Assembly (NCBI GenBank): GCA_964291675.2
Contig: OZ219866.1
Span: 1,152,001-1,216,000 of the forward strand
From: Alphaproteobacteria bacterium
GTDB taxonomy: Bacteria > Pseudomonadota > Alphaproteobacteria > MPNO01
Length of the DNA stretch: 64,000 bases
Direction: 5' to 3'
Under the pieces are notes generated by a model, which made no database searches, was not told the origin of the DNA, and was given only the letters and a program-made list of their open reading frames with translations. Shown piece by piece: positions 60,649 to 64,000 of the stretch. A program made the translations under genes and the position numbers. Numbering within the stretch: position 1 is the first letter of the stretch; each line of letters begins with the position of its first letter.

Positions 60649-60852
60649 ATGAAGGTGCGGGTCGATCCGGATCGCTGCGAGGGGCACAATCGCTGCCACG
60701 CGCTGGCGCCCGAGCTGTTCGAGCTGGACGATCTGGGCAATGCGACGGCAACCGGCGGCGGCGCCGTGCCGCCGGGGCTGGAAGGCAAGGCCCGGCTCGC
60801 CGCGGCCAACTGCCCGGAATACGCCATAGACACCGTGGAGGACGCGGGATGA
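60649..60852 (+). CDS. Ferredoxin (3Fe-4S type, P450 partner)
   Basis: C.GH.RC..AP..F ... CPE.AI. Confidence 0.9.
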   Translation: MKVRVDPDRCEGHNRCHALAPELFELDDLGNATATGGGAVPPGLEGKARLAAANCPEYAIDTVEDAG

Positions 60853-62126
60853 GCGGCGGCAAGCCCGGCTCGGGGGCCGCGCCGGGACCCCACCCCGGTT
60901 CCGCAAAGGGCGGTTGCCCTGCGGCCGAACGGCGGCCGGTCGAGGACTGGCGCACCGACTGGGATCATCTGGATGCGCGCTGGCGCGACGATCCCTTCCC
61001 GATCTGGGACGCGCTGCGCCACGGCCCGATCGCGCGGACCGAGCGCTTCGAGGGCGCCTGGCTGCCGACCCGCTACGAAGACGTGCGGGCGATCGCCCAC
61101 GATACCGAGAATTTTACCTCGCGCCGCGTCGTCCTGCGCGACCGCAAGTTCGACGACCCGCCGCTGCCGGCGCCGCCGCTCACCTCCGACCCGCCGGAGC
61201 ACAAGGCGCACAAGCAGGTGCTGCTGCCCTTCTTCACGCCGCGGGAGGTCGGCAAGCTGGAGCCGCTGGCGCGGCGGATCTGCAACGCCCTGATCGACGG
61301 GTTCGTCGCCGACGGGGGCTGCGACGCCGCCCAGCAATACGCCCGCCACATCCCGGTGCGGATCATCGCCTACATGCTCGGCGTGCCGGTGCGGGACAGC
61401 CATCTGTTCATCCGCTGGATCCACGAGATCCTGGAGGTCGGCGCCTCCGACGACGAGCGCAACAGGACCGCGACCAAGGCGATGCGGGATTATTTCCGCC
61501 ATCACATCGCGCTCAGGAGAGAGGGCCGGACCGAGGCCGATCCGGACGGGCCCGAGCCCGACCTGATCCGGGCGATGATGGACGGCTCGCTCAACGGCGT
61601 GAGGTTCGAGGAGAAGCACGTGCTCGGCACGCTGAACCTGCTGATGGTCGCCGGGATCGACACCACCTGGAGCGCCATCGGCGCCTCGATCCTGCATCTC
61701 GGCCGGCACCCGGACGACCGGCGGCGCCTGATCGCGGAGCCCGGGCTGATGCCGACGGCGATCGAGGAGCTGCTGCGCGCCTACTCGCCGGTCACCATGG
61801 CGCGCGAGGTGAAGCGGGATGTCGAGCTCGGCGGCTGTCCGATGAAGCAGGGCGAGATGGTGCTGCTCTCCTTCCCGGCGGCCAACCGCGACCCCGCGAT
61901 GTTCCCGGACGCCGACCGGGTCGTGCTCGACCGCCAGGAGAACCGCCACGGCGCCTTCGGGATCGGCATCCACCGCTGCGTCGGCTCCAATCTGGCGCGC
62001 ATGGAGATGCGCATCGCCATCGAGGAATGGCTGAGGCGCATCCCGGACTACCGCGTCGACGGCGAGATCCGCTGGTCCGAAGGCACCGTGCGCGGCCCGA
62101 GAACACTGAAGGTGACGTTCGGGTAG
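60849..62126 (+). CDS. Cytochrome P450
   Basis: DPPEH, AGIDTT, EELLR, FGIGIHRCVG; ATGA overlap with ferredoxin. Confidence 0.95.
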   Translation: MSGGKPGSGAAPGPHPGSAKGGCPAAERRPVEDWRTDWDHLDARWRDDPFPIWDALRHGPIARTERFEGAWLPTRYEDVRAIAHDTENFTSRRVVLRDRKFDDPPLPAPPLTSDPPEHKAHKQVLLPFFTPREVGKLEPLARRICNALIDGFVADGGCDAAQQYARHIPVRIIAYMLGVPVRDSHLFIRWIHEILEVGASDDERNRTATKAMRDYFRHHIALRREGRTEADPDGPEPDLIRAMMDGSLNGVRFEEKHVLGTLNLLMVAGIDTTWSAIGASILHLGRHPDDRRRLIAEPGLMPTAIEELLRAYSPVTMAREVKRDVELGGCPMKQGEMVLLSFPAANRDPAMFPDADRVVLDRQENRHGAFGIGIHRCVGSNLARMEMRIAIEEWLRRIPDYRVDGEIRWSEGTVRGPRTLKVTFG

Positions 62127-62211
62127 GACGGGCGCGCGGGTGGCGTCCTCGCCTTCGGCTCCGTCGCGACCGGGATGCACGGCCGTCCCCTAGACTCTAT
62201 GCTGGTCCTGA

Positions 62212-63477
62212 CTACTGGACTCCGGTGTGCACGGAATAGAGCTCCTCGCCGGCGTTCGGCGATCCGCCAGATGGTCGGGGTCGAGGTCTCGGTCCACGTC
62301 CTGCACCCGGATGAGGATCGTGATGGCCTGCAAGCGCCATGTACTCGGCTGTCACCGGCCGAGGAGCTGTGGGCGGAGGCACGAATTCGGAGCGGGCAAT
62401 TGCAAGCGTGGGATCGCCACGAATTTTCTCTCCGTAGAGCTGCGCTGCGATTGATCGGCCAAGAATCTCCGCCAGGAGAGGAGGAGTGGCATTGCCAGCT
62501 TGCCGAACTTGCTCGCGGTAAGTCCCATCAAGCTTCCAGGAGCTCGGAAAGGTCTGCAGCCGGAGAATCTCCTCTGGCGCAAGGGGGCGGCTGTCCCAGT
62601 GAAAGGGCCCTGTGGCCGGGCCGGGGTTTGCCGGCACCGTCCAAGCAGGCTCGGCCTTCGCTAGCTTGAGGAGGAATGACCAGAATCGGCGTCGGTACCC
62701 GAAGAGCGACGGCCCCTCGCCTCGCTCGGTGAAGAACTGATAGTTCTGGCCTTCGGGTACTGAAGGCAGCAGGCCGGCGAATCGCCCGCTTGGAGCTGGT
62801 GGCTTTGCGGGACGCACATCGTGAAGCGCGTCCCAAGCCCGCACCGGATGATCTCGATGTGTCGCAGCAGGCCACGTTGGAATGGCTCCGTTGCGAAACG
62901 CGACGACGATGGCGCGTCTGCGCCGCTGCGGAACTCCGAAATCGGCGGCGTTGAGTATTCTGTAGGCCAGCTTGTAGCGTGTGCCGCTCCGGCAATTGAC
63001 GGCTGCGAGGCGCTCTTCCAGGATCGACAACGCTGAGCGATTGCCCTTCACGAATCCAGGCACGTTCTCGATCAAGATCGCATGGGGAAGTAGTCGCTCT
63101 ATTAGAGTCAGCAAGCTGTCGAGGGTCTGAGACCGATGATCGCCGAGCCCACGAGCACCAGTGCGGGACCACTGAGCCGCATTCGAGAAGGGCTGGCAGG
63201 GCGGTCCGGCGGCCAGCAGGGTGAGCTCCCCCTTGGCGATTCCAAGGTCGCGTGGGAGCAGATTGATCGCGACCTCGTTGATGTCGTAAGGATTCAGACA
63301 CTGTAGCTTGGGGCGGTTGAGCGCTAGGGAGCGTCGCGCCGCTGCATCGTTCTCTATTCCTCCAACGATGACGAACCCTGCGTGCTCCAAGCCAAGGTCG
63401 AGCCCACCGATGCCGGAGAACGCTGACAGACAGACGAGCTGTCCGTTAGGAGCGCCCTCATCCACGTGGCCAGTCAC
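62212..63477 (-). CDS. DNA (cytosine-5)-methyltransferase
   Basis: FSGIGG motif I, GPPCQPFS, ENV.G, FGVPQ.R.R, RLQTFP, GNA.PP; probable GTG start at 63477. Confidence 0.9.
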   Translation of the reverse strand: MTGHVDEGAPNGQLVCLSAFSGIGGLDLGLEHAGFVIVGGIENDAAARRSLALNRPKLQCLNPYDINEVAINLLPRDLGIAKGELTLLAAGPPCQPFSNAAQWSRTGARGLGDHRSQTLDSLLTLIERLLPHAILIENVPGFVKGNRSALSILEERLAAVNCRSGTRYKLAYRILNAADFGVPQRRRRAIVVAFRNGAIPTWPAATHRDHPVRAWDALHDVRPAKPPAPSGRFAGLLPSVPEGQNYQFFTERGEGPSLFGYRRRFWSFLLKLAKAEPAWTVPANPGPATGPFHWDSRPLAPEEILRLQTFPSSWKLDGTYREQVRQAGNATPPLLAEILGRSIAAQLYGEKIRGDPTLAIARSEFVPPPTAPRPVTAEYMALAGHHDPHPGAGRGPRPRPRPSGGSPNAGEELYSVHTGVQ

Positions 63478-63569
63478 CGTCCGCTCCCGCCCAGCTTCTC
63501 GCACAATTCGACTATTCTACTGATGCTAAGGGTCACGACCAGCGAACAGCCACCCCCGATCAAGCTGCC

Positions 63570-64000
63570 ATGAACAACCGAAGGCCTACGGAGTCCGCAA
63601 CCAGGGATGGCTGCCGGATCGGAGAGATTGAATGCCGGCTGAGGACGGCCTACGGCCAGCCTCGCCACTTCAATCCAACAGATCCTCTCGATGATCTGAT
63701 CTTCCTTATCCTGTCCAGAATGACGCAGGAGACCAAGTACGTAAGAACCTATTCCCGCCTCCGTAGCTCTCTCTCGACATGGTGCGCGGTACGTGACGCC
63801 TCACCCGACGAGCTGGAGGCGCTCATCCACGAGGCCGGCCTCGCTCGGACCAAGGCCGCACAGATTCAAGAAATGCTTCGTGAAATCGAGGCGAGGGAGG
63901 TCGACCTAAGCCTGAATCGGCTTCGCAAAATGGAGAGCGGCGAGATCGAGGCATACCTGACCAGCCTGCCAGGAGTCGCACGAAAGACTGCCCTGTGCGT
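63570..64000 (+). CDS. HhH-GPD (endonuclease III-like) DNA glycosylase, 3' truncated by window edge (not in ORF track)
   Basis: Manual translation: DPLDDLIFLILS..W.AVRDA...ELEALI..AGL..TKA..IQ..YLTSLPGVARKTALC. Confidence 0.85.
   Translation, partial: MNNRRPTESATRDGCRIGEIECRLRTAYGQPRHFNPTDPLDDLIFLILSRMTQETKYVRTYSRLRSSLSTWCAVRDASPDELEALIHEAGLARTKAAQIQEMLREIEAREVDLSLNRLRKMESGEIEAYLTSLPGVARKTALC

Noticed and set aside
62127-62211. tRNA or att site at the island boundary
   Set aside because: No cloverleaf or repeated att core visible within the window

Overview
This is a very GC-rich chromosomal segment, most likely alphaproteobacterial (RegA/ActR next to mmcB, ClpS2-type adaptor, TRAP transporter, alphaproteobacterial palindromic repeats). 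It is densely packed with catabolic genes: three Rieske oxygenases, three PhyH-like dioxygenases, two split ThDP-enzyme pairs, amidohydrolases, PcaF, a P450 and an LLM monooxygenase. It also holds a surface-glycan modification cluster, a lipid A remodelling pair, and several small inserted modules (VapBC, HicAB, orphan antidote, NYN, DUF6338-like). Five features are missed or mis-split by the ORF track: (i) a BCP/PrxQ peroxiredoxin with an in-frame UGA at the peroxidatic Cys position followed by a SECIS-like hairpin, probably a selenoprotein; (ii) a 44-aa polyproline peptide with a strong RBS behind a DUF6338-like gene; (iii) two parS sites; (iv) an HhH-GPD glycosylase divergent from a C5 DNA methyltransferase at the right edge; (v) dispersed palindromic repeats and a MITE-like element. 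No rRNA, tRNA or CRISPR array was recognised. All family calls come from motif recognition by eye, not database searches.
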